A program made the translations under genes and the position numbers. The notes beneath the pieces were generated by a model. The model was not told the origin of the DNA. It did no database searches and saw only the letters and a program-made list of their open reading frames with translations. Source: Raja brachyura (taxonomy: Eukaryota). Taken from it: 64,000 nt of DNA. Each line of letters opens with the position of its first letter. The first letter of the stretch is position 1. The stretch lies in NCBI GenBank assembly GCA_963514005.1, contig OY740800.1, positions 9,982,001 to 10,046,000 on the forward strand. The letters run 5' to 3'. Shown here piece by piece: positions 61,946-64,000 of the stretch.

Positions 61946-62179
61946 TGCACAACATATCCAAGTTGGCAAAATGCAGAGTACTGCCCTGCCGACTACAAAT
62001 TCAGGAGGTTCAGAAGGTTCCACACAACACAGTGGGTGGCTGGGGGTGGGGGCAGGGCCACTACTACTAAATGCCATCCACTGATCCTTACCAGAGAGTG
62101 CATGTCAGTAGCTGCTGGCTTAGCATTCAGTCAGGCATGGTTGTGAAGTGCCCACAATGGAACAGCAAGAAGCCGTAGC

Positions 62180-62330
62180 TTAAAATGTGCATTTGTACAG
62201 TGCCTTCCATCATCACCCTGTGGCATCTCAGAGCGAGTTACAGCTGCAAAGTATTTCCCCGCCAAATATATTGACTGCTTTTATTTACATTAAGTATGAG
62301 AATTGGAAGCAGAAAGGGGAAGATAGGAAC
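62180..62330 (-). mobile_element. DeuSINE/L2-type 3' tail relic
   Basis: gcatttgtacagtgccttccatc..ggcatctcagagcgagttacagc..aagtattt. Confidence 0.45.
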
Positions 62331-63165
62331 ACAAGTGTGCGCATGAACAACTTTGTTTAAACAATATATATCTTTGCCGATATTACTCGAGCTAATTAGT
62401 ACGAACAACAAAAAAAGGAAAGAGACATCCTCAATATGGTGCACAAATGTTGGAAGTCTGTGGAGGGTTAACCGGAATTGCCAGCACTCCGTAATATCTC
62501 TCCTGGCTTGTGGCCAAGAAATTGCAGTAATGCTGAAGCTTTGAAAGTTAATGTACTCATTATGGTGCACTGGTCCTGTGTGCTGTGGACATCTGACTTG
62601 CAACCAAACTCGGCATTTCTTAAGAAGCTGGACAACACAAGCTTCAAAATTTAAAAAAGCTTTGTGACTTTCTAGTCATTTGGATTATCACCGCCACACG
62701 GACAAGACTGTGATCTGCAGACTACATTTTTAAATCGTGGATCAAGTTTGCTCCTGCCACTCCAGTTACCATTCCCCGCTATACAAGAAAAGGTTAGCTG
62801 AAATAAAAAGGCCATGTGTACGTAACCCCAAAGTCTACTACAAGATCAGAAGTTTTTTAAACTGATCCAGACTACCACATGGTAAAGACATCTGCTACGA
62901 TACAGCGAAGGAAACAGATGGAAAAGGGAAAGATTCCTCAGAATGTAGTGTAAGATTTACATTATCCGCCATGAACTTCCATGTAGTCCCCATGTTTATA
63001 CAATTTATCACTATTTCCTCAGACAGCTGAGATTAGGAAGCCCACATGAGCTCATGTCCTTGTTATTAACTTCAACTTTGAAAGCAGTTCAGGCCCTCCA
63101 CCTCCCTATTCTAGGCAGTTCTTTGCTTAAACCATTATCTGTATTGCAATAAAAGTCCACACTAC

Positions 63166-63198
63166 CTGAGCAGGCTTCTTCGGGACCTCTTGTTGCGG
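63166..63198 (-). CDS. HMGA2: HMGA2 exon 4 (33-nt spacer exon, PQQEVPKKPAQ)
   Basis: Minus strand reads tatttttttcag|CCG CAA CAA GAG GTC CCG AAG AAG CCT GCT CAG|gtagtg. It is 33 nt, phase 0/0, and matches the known HMGA2 exon-4 peptide PQQVVQKKPAQ. HMGA1 lacks this spacer. Confidence 0.93.
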
Positions 63199-64000
63199 CT
63201 GAAAAAAATAAAATAATTTACAGTTAGAATCCATCAAGTATTTATGCCGTTTTTAGCTTTCCTTTAATGATCAGCATATCAGCACATCAGCGTGAAATAA
63301 CCTTCCCCGATTTCCGTAAAGGAAAATGGACCTTTCACCTCCAGCTCCATTTCCTTCCGCAACTCTCGTTTCTTCCTAACCTGTAGGCTTATACCTCCAC
63401 AGCCCTATAACCCTTCAAAACAGAAGAAATGTTATACTAAGAAAACAGGGCTTTGGTTACGCCGTCTGAATTAATTTGACTTCTGCATGCCGTGGCTAAA
63501 AGAAACACTCTGAGCGACTTGCCAGCTCGCTGGCTTTTTTCCCTGACTTTTTTTTCCATGAATTAAGTCCTGACAGTTCAATGAGGGGAAAGACAATGTC
63601 TGAATCAAGGCCAGCGTTGGCTCATTGCCCAGTATGTGTCAGAGTAATTTTACCAGCTGCCCTTCCAAAACCACTCAATCCTCCCATAATCTCAACAAAT
63701 GGACCATCGAGGACTGCAGAGACAGAAAGAGGTGGGGGCAGGGGGTGGCCGGTGCTTATTCTCAAACCTTCTCACCCCACCAACAAGCCAGCTTCTGGCC
63801 AGGCCCCACCATCTGATTTTTATGAATGGTTTCAGGAAAACAGATTGAGTGCGATATATTTCTAATTGTCATTCATGAAAAAAGGCAGGATTTACACATT
63901 GCACGGAAACCTGGTAACAATTGAAGTCGCAGACCTTATTAACAAGTGCCTCAGGTTGTGCTCAGTTATTGGCTTTTGGGTTCTTTCGAAAGATTTAACC

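Noticed and set aside
45352-63198. Calling the HMGA gene HMGA1 because of its SMIM29-like neighbour
   Set aside because: The 33-nt PQQxVxKKPAQ exon, the SSQESxEED end and the multi-let-7 UTR are HMGA2 features.

Overview
Repeat-rich vertebrate genomic DNA, most likely from a cartilaginous fish such as a skate or ray. This is inferred from HER1-type CR1 LINEs, HE1/V-SINEs, Rex1/Babar, Penelope and DeuSINE-like relics. Almost all long ORFs in the track are transposon remnants. Two host genes lie tail-to-tail. On the minus strand is the 3' part of HMGA2: a 33-nt exon 4 (63166-63198), the coding part of exon 5 (45352-45399), and a ~2.7-kb 3'UTR with at least 7 canonical let-7 sites. On the plus strand are two spliced exons (11193-11295, 17091-17195) of a SMIM29/C3orf18-family small membrane protein. 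Best leads: (1) this HMGA2 + SMIM29-like pair mirrors the mammalian HMGA1-SMIM29 pair, suggesting a retained ohnolog; (2) Penelope terminal repeats carry a minimal hammerhead-ribozyme-like core and also occur as short stand-alone or hairpin insertions with their own target-site duplications; (3) a PIF/Harbinger-type MITE family shares TIRs and TAA TSDs. Comparisons with human sequences are from memory, not from alignments, and repeat boundaries are approximate unless a TSD is quoted.
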